DNA of 64,000 nucleotides from Auanema rhodensis (Eukaryota; Animalia; Nematoda). The stretch spans positions 14,632,001-14,696,000 of the forward strand of contig OZ059900.1 of the NCBI GenBank assembly GCA_964057225.1, written 5' to 3'. The position numbers and the translations under genes are program-made. The notes beneath the pieces are model-generated. The model saw nothing but the letters and a program-made list of their open reading frames with translations. It was not told the DNA's origin and did no database searches. Below, piece by piece: positions 12,217 through 26,252 of the stretch. Position 1 is the stretch's first letter, and every line of letters starts with the position of its first letter.

Positions 12217-15200
12217 AATGTTTTTGTTCTGATTCATCGTTATTGAATGTTATGCTATTTTTGTTTTCTTCAAAAAGTCGGATAAAGACGATAATTATTA
12301 GAAAAAAGATTGTTTTAAACTTTCTGCTTTTTCAAAAGTGATTTGAGCTTGTGATTTTTTTTAAATTTTCAAACATTTCTATTTAATTTAAGTGTTCTAT
12401 CTTAATTACGATGAAAAAAATTGATACGTCAGCGTTTATCAATCGTTAATTGTAACACCAAACTTCAATTAGCTCTTTGAGTAAAGTAGGCCATAAATCA
12501 AGATATGTTAGAGACAGTGTTTCATTTTTCTACTTTAATTCAAACTCACACTCTTAATGAAAGTTTCTAAGTGCAAATTCAATCCTCGGTAGTATAGTGG
12601 TGAGTATCCGCGTCTGTCACATGCGAGACCCGGGTTCAATTCCCGGCCGGGGAGAATGTTTTTGTTCTGATTCATCGTTATTGAATGTTATGCTATTTTT
12701 GTTTTCTTCAAAAAGTCGGATAAAGACGATAATTATTAGAAAAAAGATTGTTTTAAACTTTCTGCTTTTTCAAAAGTGGTTTGAGCTTGTGATTTTTTTT
12801 AAATTTTCAAACATTTCTATTTAATTTAAGTGTTCTATCTTAATTACGATGAAAAAAATTGATACGTCAACGTTTATCAATCGTTAATTGTAACACCAAA
12901 CTTCAATTAGCTCTTTGAGTAAAGTAGGCCATAAATCAAGATATGTTAGAGACAGTGTTTCATTTTTCTACTTTAATTCAAACTCACACTCTTAATGAAA
13001 GTTTCTAAGTGCAAATTCAATCCTCGGTAGTATAGTGGTGAGTATCCGCGTCTGTCACATGCGAGACCCGGGATCAATTCCCGGCCGGGGAGAATGTTTT
13101 TGTTCTGATTCATCGTTATTGAATGTTATGCTATTTTTGTTTTCTTCAAAAAGTCGGATAAAGACGATAATTATTAGAAAAAAGATTGTTTTAAACTTTC
13201 TGCTTTTTCAAAAGTGATTTGAGCTTGTGATTTTTTTTAAATTTTCAAACATTTCTATTTAATTTAAGTGTTCTATCTTAATTACGATGAAAAAAATTGA
13301 TACGTCAGCGTTTATCAATCGTTAATTGTAACACCAAACTTCAATTAGCTCTTTGAGTAAAGTAGGCCATAAATCAAGATATGTTAGAGACAGTGTTTCA
13401 TTTTTCTACTTTAATTCAAACTCACACTCTTAATGAAAGTTTCTAAGTGCAAATTCAATCCTCGGTAGTATAGTGGTGAGTATCCGCGTCTGTCACATGC
13501 GAGACCCGGGATCAATTCCCGGCCGGGGAGAATGTTTTTGTTCTGATTCATCGTTATTGAATGTTATGCTATTTTTGTTTTCTTCAAAAAGTCGGATAAA
13601 GACGATAATTATTAGAAAAAAGATTGTTTTAAACTTTCTGCTTTTTCAAAAGTGATTTGAGCTTGTGATTTTTTTTAAATTTTCAAACATTTCTATTTAA
13701 TTTAAGTGTTCTATCTTAATTACGATGAAAAAAATTGATACGTCAGCGTTTATCAATCGTTAATTGTAACACCAAACTTCAATTAGCTCTTTGAGTAAAG
13801 TAGGCCATAAATCAAGATATGTTAGAGACAGTGTTTCATTTTTCTACTTTAATTCAAACTCACACTCTTAATGAAAGTTTCTAAGTGCAAATTCAATCCT
13901 CGGTAGTATAGTGGTGAGTATCCGCGTCTGTCACATGCGAGACCCGGGTTCAATTCCCGGCCGGGGAGAATGTTTTTGTTCTGATTCATCGTTATTGAAT
14001 GTTATGCTATTTTTGTTTTCTTCAAAAAGTCGGATAAAAACGATAATTATTAGAAAAAAGATTGTTTTAAACTTTCTGCTTTTTCAAAAGTGATTTGAGC
14101 TTGTGATTTTTTTTAAAATTTTCAAACATTTCTATTTAATTTAAGTGTTCTATCTTAATTACGATGAAAAAAATTGATACGTCAGCGTTTATCAATCGTT
14201 AATTGTAACACCAAACTTCAATTAGCTCTTTGAGTAAAGTAGGCCATAAATCAAGATATGTTAGAGACAGTGTTTCATTTTTCTACTTTAATTCAAACTC
14301 ACACTCTTAATGAAAGTTTCTAAGTGCAAATTCAATCCTCGGTAGTATAGTGGTGAGTATCCGCGTCTGTCACATGCGAGACCCGGGTTCAATTCCCGGC
14401 CGGGGAGAATGTTTTTGTTCTGATTCATCGTTATTGAATGTTATGCTATTTTTGTTTTCTTCAAAAAGTCGGATAAAGACGATAATTATTAGAAAAAAGA
14501 TTGTTTTAAACTTTCTGCTTTTTCAAAAGTGATTTGAGCTTGTGATTTTTTTTAAATTTTCAAACATTTCTATTTAATTTAAGTGTTCTATCTTAATTAC
14601 GATGAAAAAAATTGATACGTCAGCGTTTATCAATCGTTAATTGTAACACCAAACTTCAATTAGCTCTTTGAGTAAAGTAGGGCAAAAATCAAGATATGTT
14701 AGAGACAGTGTTTCATTTTTCTACTTTAATTCAAACTCACACTCTTAATGAAAGTTTCTAAGTGCAAATTCAATCCTCGGTAGTATAGTGGTGAGTATCC
14801 GCGTCTGTCACATGCGAGACCCGGGTTCAATTCCCGGCCGGGGAGAATGTTTTTGTTCTGATTCATCGTTATTGAATGTTATGCTATTTTTGTTTTCTTC
14901 AAAAAGTCGGATAAAAACGATAATTATTAGAAAAAAGATTGTTTTAAACTTTCTGCTTTTTCAAAAGTGATTTGAGCTTGTGATTTTTTTTTAAATTTTC
15001 AAACATTTCTATTTAATTTAAGTGTTCTATCTTAATTACGATGAAAAAAATTGATACGTCAGCGTTTATCAATCGTTAATTGTAACACCAAACTTCAATT
15101 AGCTCTTTGAGTAAAGTAGGCCATAAATCAAGATATGTTAGAGACAGTGTTTCATTTTTCTACTTTAATTCAAACTCACACTCTTAATGAAAGTTTCTAA

Positions 15201-18200
15201 GTGCAAATTCAATCCTCGGTAGTATAGTGGTGAGTATCCGCGTCTGTCACATGCGAGACCCGGGTTCAATTCCCGGCCGGGGAGAATGTTTTTGTTCTGA
15301 TTCATCGTTATTGAATGTTATGCTATTTTTGTTTTCTTCAAAAAGTCGGATAAAGACGATAATTATTAGAAAAAAGATTGTTTTAAACTTTCTGCTTTTT
15401 CAAAAGTGATTTGAGCTTGTGATTTTTTTTAAATTTTCAAACATTTCTATTTAATTTAAGTGTTCTATCTTAATTACGATGAAAAAAATTGATACGTCAG
15501 CGTTTATCAATCGTTAATTGTAACACCAAACTTCAATTAGCTCTTTGAGTAAAGTAGGCCATAAATCAAGATATGTTAGAGACAGTGTTTCATTTTTCTA
15601 CTTTAATTCAAACTCACACTCTTAATGAAAGTTTCTAAGTGCAAATTCAATCCTCGGTAGTATAGTGGTGAGTATCCGCGTCTGTCACATGCGAGACCCG
15701 GGTTCAATTCCCGGCCGGGGAGAATGTTTTTGTTCTGATTCATCGTTATTGAATGTTATGCTATTTTTGTTTTCTTCAAAAAGTCGGATAAAGACGATAA
15801 TTATTAGAAAAAAGATTGTTTTAAACTTTCTGCTTTTTCAAAAGTGATTTGAGCTTGTGATTTTTTTTAAATTTTCAAACATTTCTATTTAATTTAAGTG
15901 TTCTATCTTAATTACGATGAAAAAAATTGATACGTCAGCGTTTATCAATCGTTAATTGTAACACCAAACTTCAATTAGCTCTTTGAGTAAAGTAGGCCAT
16001 AAATCAAGATATGTTAGAGACAGTGTTTCATTTTTCTACTTTAATTCAAACTCACACTCTTAATGAAAGTTTCTAAGTGCAAATTCAATCCTCGGTAGTA
16101 TAGTGGTGAGTATCCGCGTCTGTCACATGCGAGACCCGGGTTCAATTCCCGGCCGGGGAGAATGTTTTTGTTCTGATTCATCGTTATTGAATGTTATGCT
16201 ATTTTTGTTTTCTTCAAAAAGTCGGATAAAGACGATAATTATTAGAAAAAAGATTGTTTTAAACTTTCTGCTTTTTCAAAAGTGGTTTGAGCTTGTGATT
16301 TTTTTTAAATTTTCAAACATTTCTATTTAATTTAAGTGTTCTATCTTAATTACGATGAAAAAAATTGATACGTCAACGTTTATCAATCGTTAATTGTAAC
16401 ACCAAACTTCAATTAGCTCTTTGAGTAAAGTAGGCCATAAATCAAGATATGTTAGAGACAGTGTTTCATTTTTCTACTTTAATTCAAACTCACACTCTTA
16501 ATGAAAGTTTCTAAGTGCAAATTCAATCCTCGGTAGTATAGTGGTGAGTATCCGCGTCTGTCACATGCGAGACCCGGGATCAATTCCCGGCCGGGGAGAA
16601 TGTTTTTGTTCTGATTCATCGTTATTGAATGTTATGCTATTTTTGTTTTCTTCAAAAAGTCGGATAAAGACGATAATTATTAGAAAAAAGATTGTTTTAA
16701 ACTTTCTGCTTTTTCAAAAGTGATTTGAGCTTGTGATTTTTTTTAAATTTTCAAACATTTCTATTTAATTTAAGTGTTCTATCTTAATTACGATGAAAAA
16801 AATTGATACGTCAGCGTTTATCAATCGTTAATTGTAACACCAAACTTCAATTAGCTCTTTGAGTAAAGTAGGCCATAAATCAAGATATGTTAGAGACAGT
16901 GTTTCATTTTTCTACTTTAATTCAAACTCACACTCTTAATGAAAGTTTCTAAGTGCAAATTCAATCCTCGGTAGTATAGTGGTGAGTATCCGCGTCTGTC
17001 ACATGCGAGACCCGGGATCAATTCCCGGCCGGGGAGAATGTTTTTGTTCTGATTCATCGTTATTGAATGTTATGCTATTTTTGTTTTCTTCAAAAAGTCG
17101 GATAAAGACGATAATTATTAGAAAAAAGATTGTTTTAAACTTTCTGCTTTTTCAAAAGTGATTTGAGCTTGTGATTTTTTTTAAATTTTCAAACATTTCT
17201 ATTTAATTTAAGTGTTCTATCTTAATTACGATGAAAAAAATTGATACGTCAGCGTTTATCAATCGTTAATTGTAACACCAAACTTCAATTAGCTCTTTGA
17301 GTAAAGTAGGCCATAAATCAAGATATGTTAGAGACAGTGTTTCATTTTTCTACTTTAATTCAAACTCACACTCTTAATGAAAGTTTCTAAGTGCAAATTC
17401 AATCCTCGGTAGTATAGTGGTGAGTATCCGCGTCTGTCACATGCGAGACCCGGGTTCAATTCCCGGCCGGGGAGAATGTTTTTGTTCTGATTCATCGTTA
17501 TTGAATGTTATGCTATTTTTGTTTTCTTCAAAAAGTCGGATAAAAACGATAATTATTAGAAAAAAGATTGTTTTAAACTTTCTGCTTTTTCAAAAGTGAT
17601 TTGAGCTTGTGATTTTTTTTAAAATTTTCAAACATTTCTATTTAATTTAAGTGTTCTATCTTAATTACGATGAAAAAAATTGATACGTCAGCGTTTATCA
17701 ATCGTTAATTGTAACACCAAACTTCAATTAGCTCTTTGAGTAAAGTAGGCCATAAATCAAGATATGTTAGAGACAGTGTTTCATTTTTCTACTTTAATTC
17801 AAACTCACACTCTTAATGAAAGTTTCTAAGTGCAAATTCAATCCTCGGTAGTATAGTGGTGAGTATCCGCGTCTGTCACATGCGAGACCCGGGTTCAATT
17901 CCCGGCCGGGGAGAATGTTTTTGTTCTGATTCATCGTTATTGAATGTTATGCTATTTTTGTTTTCTTCAAAAAGTCGGATAAAGACGATAATTATTAGAA
18001 AAAAGATTGTTTTAAACTTTCTGCTTTTTCAAAAGTGATTTGAGCTTGTGATTTTTTTTAAATTTTCAAACATTTCTATTTAATTTAAGTGTTCTATCTT
18101 AATTACGATGAAAAAAATTGATACGTCAGCGTTTATCAATCGTTAATTGTAACACCAAACTTCAATTAGCTCTTTGAGTAAAGTAGGGCAAAAATCAAGA

Positions 18201-21200
18201 TATGTTAGAGACAGTGTTTCATTTTTCTACTTTAATTCAAACTCACACTCTTAATGAAAGTTTCTAAGTGCAAATTCAATCCTCGGTAGTATAGTGGTGA
18301 GTATCCGCGTCTGTCACATGCGAGACCCGGGTTCAATTCCCGGCCGGGGAGAATGTTTTTGTTCTGATTCATCGTTATTGAATGTTATGCTATTTTTGTT
18401 TTCTTCAAAAAGTCGGATAAAAACGATAATTATTAGAAAAAAGATTGTTTTAAACTTTCTGCTTTTTCAAAAGTGATTTGAGCTTGTGATTTTTTTTTAA
18501 ATTTTCAAACATTTCTATTTAATTTAAGTGTTCTATCTTAATTACGATGAAAAAAATTGATACGTCAGCGTTTATCAATCGTTAATTGTAACACCAAACT
18601 TCAATTAGCTCTTTGAGTAAAGTAGGCCATAAATCAAGATATGTTAGAGACAGTGTTTCATTTTTCTACTTTAATTCAAACTCACACTCTTAATGAAAGT
18701 TTCTAAGTGCAAATTCAATCCTCGGTAGTATAGTGGTGAGTATCCGCGTCTGTCACATGCGAGACCCGGGTTCAATTCCCGGCCGGGGAGAATGTTTTTG
18801 TTCTGATTCATCGTTATTGAATGTTATGCTATTTTTGTTTTCTTCAAAAAGTCGGATAAAGACGATAATTATTAGAAAAAAGATTGTTTTAAACTTTCTG
18901 CTTTTTCAAAAGTGATTTGAGCTTGTGATTTTTTTTAAATTTTCAAACATTTCTATTTAATTTAAGTGTTCTATCTTAATTACGATGAAAAAAATTGATA
19001 CGTCAGCGTTTATCAATCGTTAATTGTAACACCAAACTTCAATTAGCTCTTTGAGTAAAGTAGGCCATAAATCAAGATATGTTAGAGACAGTGTTTCATT
19101 TTTCTACTTTAATTCAAACTCACACTCTTAATGAAAGTTTCTAAGTGCAAATTCAATCCTCGGTAGTATAGTGGTGAGTATCCGCGTCTGTCACATGCGA
19201 GACCCGGGTTCAATTCCCGGCCGGGGAGAATGTTTTTGTTCTGATTCATCGTTATTGAATGTTATGCTATTTTTGTTTTCTTCAAAAAGTCGGATAAAGA
19301 CGATAATTATTAGAAAAAAGATTGTTTTAAACTTTCTGCTTTTTCAAAAGTGGTTTGAGCTTGTGATTTTTTTTAAATTTTCAAACATTTCTATTTAATT
19401 TAAGTGTTCTATCTTAATTACGATGAAAAAAATTGATACGTCAACGTTTATCAATCGTTAATTGTAACACCAAACTTCAATTAGCTCTTTGAGTAAAGTA
19501 GGCCATAAATCAAGATATGTTAGAGACAGTGTTTCATTTTTCTACTTTAATTCAAACTCACACTCTTAATGAAAGTTTCTAAGTGCAAATTCAATCCTCG
19601 GTAGTATAGTGGTGAGTATCCGCGTCTGTCACATGCGAGACCCGGGATCAATTCCCGGCCGGGGAGAATGTTTTTGTTCTGATTCATCGTTATTGAATGT
19701 TATGCTATTTTTGTTTTCTTCAAAAAGTCGGATAAAGACGATAATTATTAGAAAAAAGATTGTTTTAAACTTTCTGCTTTTTCAAAAGTGATTTGAGCTT
19801 GTGATTTTTTTTAAATTTTCAAACATTTCTATTTAATTTAAGTGTTCTATCTTAATTACGATGAAAAAAATTGATACGTCAGCGTTTATCAATCGTTAAT
19901 TGTAACACCAAACTTCAATTAGCTCTTTGAGTAAAGTAGGCCATAAATCAAGATATGTTAGAGACAGTGTTTCATTTTTCTACTTTAATTCAAACTCACA
20001 CTCTTAATGAAAGTTTCTAAGTGCAAATTCAATCCTCGGTAGTATAGTGGTGAGTATCCGCGTCTGTCACATGCGAGACCCGGGATCAATTCCCGGCCGG
20101 GGAGAATGTTTTTGTTCTGATTCATCGTTATTGAATGTTATGCTATTTTTGTTTTCTTCAAAAAGTCGGATAAAGACGATAATTATTAGAAAAAAGATTG
20201 TTTTAAACTTTCTGCTTTTTCAAAAGTGATTTGAGCTTGTGATTTTTTTTAAATTTTCAAACATTTCTATTTAATTTAAGTGTTCTATCTTAATTACGAT
20301 GAAAAAAATTGATACGTCAGCGTTTATCAATCGTTAATTGTAACACCAAACTTCAATTAGCTCTTTGAGTAAAGTAGGCCATAAATCAAGATATGTTAGA
20401 GACAGTGTTTCATTTTTCTACTTTAATTCAAACTCACACTCTTAATGAAAGTTTCTAAGTGCAAATTCAATCCTCGGTAGTATAGTGGTGAGTATCCGCG
20501 TCTGTCACATGCGAGACCCGGGTTCAATTCCCGGCCGGGGAGAATGTTTTTGTTCTGATTCATCGTTATTGAATGTTATGCTATTTTTGTTTTCTTCAAA
20601 AAGTCGGATAAAAACGATAATTATTAGAAAAAAGATTGTTTTAAACTTTCTGCTTTTTCAAAAGTGATTTGAGCTTGTGATTTTTTTTAAAATTTTCAAA
20701 CATTTCTATTTAATTTAAGTGTTCTATCTTAATTACGATGAAAAAAATTGATACGTCAGCGTTTATCAATCGTTAATTGTAACACCAAACTTCAATTAGC
20801 TCTTTGAGTAAAGTAGGCCATAAATCAAGATATGTTAGAGACAGTGTTTCATTTTTCTACTTTAATTCAAACTCACACTCTTAATGAAAGTTTCTAAGTG
20901 CAAATTCAATCCTCGGTAGTATAGTGGTGAGTATCCGCGTCTGTCACATGCGAGACCCGGGTTCAATTCCCGGCCGGGGAGAATGTTTTTGTTCTGATTC
21001 ATCGTTATTGAATGTTATGCTATTTTTGTTTTCTTCAAAAAGTCGGATAAAGACGATAATTATTAGAAAAAAGATTGTTTTAAACTTTCTGCTTTTTCAA
21101 AAGTGATTTGAGCTTGTGATTTTTTTTAAATTTTCAAACATTTCTATTTAATTTAAGTGTTCTATCTTAATTACGATGAAAAAAATTGATACGTCAGCGT

Positions 21201-24200
21201 TTATCAATCGTTAATTGTAACACCAAACTTCAATTAGCTCTTTGAGTAAAGTAGGGCAAAAATCAAGATATGTTAGAGACAGTGTTTCATTTTTCTACTT
21301 TAATTCAAACTCACACTCTTAATGAAAGTTTCTAAGTGCAAATTCAATCCTCGGTAGTATAGTGGTGAGTATCCGCGTCTGTCACATGCGAGACCCGGGT
21401 TCAATTCCCGGCCGGGGAGAATGTTTTTGTTCTGATTCATCGTTATTGAATGTTATGCTATTTTTGTTTTCTTCAAAAAGTCGGATAAAGACGATAATTA
21501 TTAGAAAAAAGATTGTTTTAAACTTTCTGCTTTTTCAAAAGTGATTTGAGCTTGTGATTTTTTTTAAATTTTCAAACATTTCTATTTAATTTAAGTGTTC
21601 TATCTTAATTACGATGAAAAAAATTGATACGTCAGCGTTTATCAATCGTTAATTGTAACACCAAACTTCAATTAGCTCTTTGAGTAAAGTAGGCCATAAA
21701 TCAAGATATGTTAGAGACAGTGTTTCATTTTTCTACGTTTATTCAAACTCACACTCTTAATGAAAGTTTCTAAGTGCAAATTCAATCCTCGGTAGTATAG
21801 TGGTGAGTATCCGCGTCTGTCACATGCGAGACCCGGGTTCAATTCCCGGCCGGGGAGAATGTTTTTGTTCTGATTCATCGTTATTGAATGTTATGCTATT
21901 TTTGTTTTCTTCAAAAAGTCGGATAAAAACGATAATTATTAGAAAAAAGATTGTTTTAAACTTTCTGCTTTTTCAAAAGTGATTTGAGCTTGTGATTTTT
22001 TTTTAAATTTTCAAACATTTCTATTTAATTTAAGTGTTCTATCTTAATTACGATGAAAAAAATTGATACGTCAGCGTTTATCAATCGTTAATTGTAACAC
22101 CAAACTTCAATTAGCTCTTTGAGTAAAGTAGGCCATAAATCAAGATATGTTAGAGACAGTGTTTCATTTTTCTACTTTAATTCAAACTCACACTCTTAAT
22201 GAAAGTTTCTAAGTGCAAATTCAATCCTCGGTAGTATAGTGGTGAGTATCCGCGTCTGTCACATGCGAGACCCGGGTTCAATTCCCGGCCGGGGAGAATG
22301 TTTTTGTTCTGATTCATCGTTATTGAATGTTATGCTATTTTTGTTTTCTTCAAAAAGTCGGATAAAAACGATAATTATTAGAAAAAAGATTGTTTTAAAC
22401 TTTCTGCTTTTTCAAAAGTGATTTGAGCTTGTGATTTTTTTTTAAATTTTCAAACATTTCTATTTAATTTAAGTGTTCTATCTTAATTACGATGAAAAAA
22501 AATGGAACGTCAGCGTTAATCAATTGTTCATTGTAACACCAAACTTCAATTAGCTCTTTGATTAAAGTAGGCCATGAATCAAGATATGTTAGAGACAGTG
22601 TTTCATTTTTCTACTTTAATTCAAACTCACACTCTTAATGAAAGTTTCTAAGTGCAAATTCAATCCTCGGTAGTATAGTGGTGAGTATCCGCGTCTGTCA
22701 CATGCGAGACCCGGGTTCAATTCCCGGCCGGGGAGAATGTTTTTGTTCTGATTCATCGTTATTGAATGTTATGCTATTTTTGTTTTCTTCAAAAAGTCGG
22801 ATAAAAACGATAATTATTAGAAAAAAGATTGTTTTAAACTTTCTGCTTTTTCAAAAGTGATTTGAGCTTGTGATTTTTTTTTAAATTTTCAAACATTTCT
22901 ATTTAATTTAAGTGTTCTATCTTAATTACGATGAAAAAAATTGATACGTCAGCGTTTATCAATCGTTAATTGTAACACCAAACTTCAATTAGCTCTTTGA
23001 GTAAAGTAGGCCATAAATCAAGATATGTTAGAGACAGTGTTTCATTTTTCTACTTTAATTCAAACTCACACTCTTAATGAAAGTTTCTAAGTGCAAATTC
23101 AATCCTCGGTAGTATAGTGGTGAGTATCCGCGTCTGTCACATGCGAGACCCGGGTTCAATTCCCGGCCGGGGAGAATGTTTTTGTTCTGATTCATCGTTA
23201 TTGAATGTTATGCTATTTTTGTTTTCTTCAAAAAGTCGGATAAAGACGATAATTATTAGAAAAAAGATTGTTTTAAACTTTCTGCTTTTTCAAAAGTGAT
23301 TTGAGCTTGTGATTTTTTTTAAATTTTCAAACATTTCTATTTAATTTAAGTGTTCTATCTTAATTACGATGAAAAAAATTGATACGTCAGCGTTTATCAA
23401 TCGTTAATTGTAACACCAAACTTCAATTAGCTCTTTGAGTAAAGTAGGGCAAAAATCAAGATATGTTAGAGACAGTGTTTCATTTTTCTACTTTAATTCA
23501 AACTCACACTCTTAATGAAAGTTTCTAAGTGCAAATTCAATCCTCGGTAGTATAGTGGTGAGTATCCGCGTCTGTCACATGCGAGACCCGGGTTCAATTC
23601 CCGGCCGGGGAGAATGTTTTTGTTCTGATTCATCGTTATTGAATGTTATGCTATTTTTGTTTTCTTCAAAAAGTCGGATAAAGACGATAATTATTAGAAA
23701 AAAGGTTGTTTTAAACTTTCTGTTTTTTCAAAAGTGATTTGAGCTTGTGTTTTTTTTCTAAATTGTTAAACATTTCCATTTAATTTAAATGTTCTATCTC
23801 AATTACGATGAAAAAAATTGAAACGTCAGCGTTAATCAATTGTTCATTGTAACACCAAACTTCAATTAGCTCTTTGAGTAAAGTAGGCCATAAATCAATA
23901 TATGTTAGAGACAGTGTTTCATTTTTCTACTATAATTCAAACTCACACTCTTAATGAAAGTTTCTAAGTGCAAATTCAATCGTCGGTAGTATAGTGGTGA
24001 GTATCCGCGTCTGTCACATGCGAGACCCGGGTTCAATTCCCGGCCGGGGAGAATGTTTTTGTTCTGATTCATCGTTATTGAATGTTATGCTATTTTTGTT
24101 TTCTTCAAAAAGTCGGATAAAAACGATAATTATTAGAAAAAAGATTGTTTTAAACTTTCTGTTTTTTCAAAAGTGATTTGAGCTTGTGTTTTTTTTCTAA

Positions 24201-26180
24201 ATTGTTAAACATTTCCATTTAATTTAAATGTTCTATCTCAATTACGATGAAAAAAAATGGAACGTCAGCGTTAATCAATTGTTCATTGTAACACCAAACT
24301 TCAATTAGCTCTTTGATTAAAGTAGGCCATAAATCAAGATATGTTAGAGACAGTGTTTCATTTTTCTACTTTAATTCAAACTCACACTCTTAATGAAAGT
24401 TTCTAAGTGCAAATTCAATCCTCGGTAGTATAGTGGTGAGTATCCGCGTCTGTCACATGCGAGACCCGGGTTCAATTCCCGGCCGGGGAGAATGTTTTTG
24501 TTCTGATTCATCGTTATTGAATGTTATGCTATTTTTGTTTTCTTCAAAAAGTCGGATAAAAACGATAATTATTAGAAAAAAGATTGTTTTAAACTTTCTG
24601 TTTTTTCAAAAGTGATTTGAGCTTGTGTTTTTTTTCTAAATTGTTAAACATTTCCATTTAATTTAAATGTTCTATCTCAATTACGATGAAAAAAAATGGA
24701 ACGTCAGCGTTAATCAATTGTTCATTGTAACACCAAACTTCAATTAGCTCTTTGATTAAAGTAGGCCATGAATCAAGATATGTTAGAGACAGTGTTCCAT
24801 TTTTCTACTTTAATTCAAACTCACACTCTTAATGAAAGTTTCTAAGTGCAAATTCAATCCTCGGTAGTATAGTGGTGAGTATCCGCGTCTGTCACATGCG
24901 AGACCCGGGTTCAATTCCCGGCCGGGGAGAATGTTTTTGTTCTGATTCATCGTTATTGAATGTTATGCTATTTTTGTTTTCTTCAAAAAGTCGGATAAAA
25001 ACGATAATTATTAGAAAAAAGATTGTTTTAAACTTTCTGCTTTTTCAAAAGTGATTTGAGCTTGTGTTTTTTTTCTAAATTGTTAAACATTTCTATTTAA
25101 TTTAAGTGTTCTATATTAATTACGATGAAAAAAATTGAAACGTCAGCGTTAATCAATTGTTCATTGTAACACCAAACTTCAATTAGCTCTTTGTGTAAAG
25201 TAGGCCATAAAACAAGATATGCTAGAGACAGTGTTTCATTTTTCTACTTTAATTCAAACTCACACTCTTAATGAAAGTTTCTAAGTGCAAATTCAATCCT
25301 CGGTAGTATAGTGGTGAGTATCCGCGTCTGTCACATGCGAGACCCGGGTTCAATTCCCGGCCGGGGAGAATGTTTTTGTTCTGATTCATCGTTATTGAAT
25401 GTTATGCTATTTTTGTTTTCTTCCAAAAGTCGGATAAAAAAGATAATTGTTAGAAAAAAGGTTGTTTTATTTTAAACTTTCTGTTTTTTCAAAAGTGATT
25501 TGAGCTTGTGTTTTTTTTTCTAAATTGTTAAACATTTCCATTTAATTTGAATGTTCTATCTCAATTACGATGAAAAAAAATGGAACGTCAGCGTTAATCA
25601 ATTGTTCATTGTAACACCAAACTTCAATTAGCTCTTTGATTAAAGTAGGCCATAAATCAAGATATGTTAGAGACAGTGTTTCATTTTTCTACTTTAATTC
25701 AAACTCACACTCTTAATGAAAGTTTTTAAGTGCAAATTCAATCCTCGGTAGTATAGTGGTGAGTATCCGCGTCTGTCACATGCGAGACCCGGGTTCAATT
25801 CCCGGCCGGGGAGAATGGTTTTGTTCTGATTCATCGTTATTGAATGTTATGCTATTTTTGTTTTCTTCAAAAAGTCGGATAAAAACGATAATTATTAGAA
25901 AAAAGATTGTTTTAAACTTTCTGCTTTTTCAAAAGTGATTTGAGCTTGTGTTTTTTTTCTAAATTGTTAAACATTTCTATTTAATTTAAGTGTTCTATAT
26001 TAATTACGATGAAAAAAATCGAAACGTCAGCGTTAATCAATTGTTCATTGTAACACCAAACTTCAATTAGCTCTTTGTGTAAAGTAGGCCATAAAACAAG
26101 ATATGTTAGAGACAGTGTTTCATTTTTCTACTTTAATTCAAACTCACACTCTTAATGAAAGTTTCTAAGTGCAAATTCAA

Positions 26181-26252
26181 TCCTCGGTAGTATAGTGGTG
26201 AGTATCCGCGTCTGTCACATGCGAGACCCGGGTACAATTCCTGGCCGGGGAG
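26181..26252 (+). pseudogene. tRNA-Asp copy with T55A and a T-stem substitution, probably impaired
   Basis: Reads GGTACAATTCCTGG instead of GGTTCAATTCCCGG. Confidence 0.55.
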
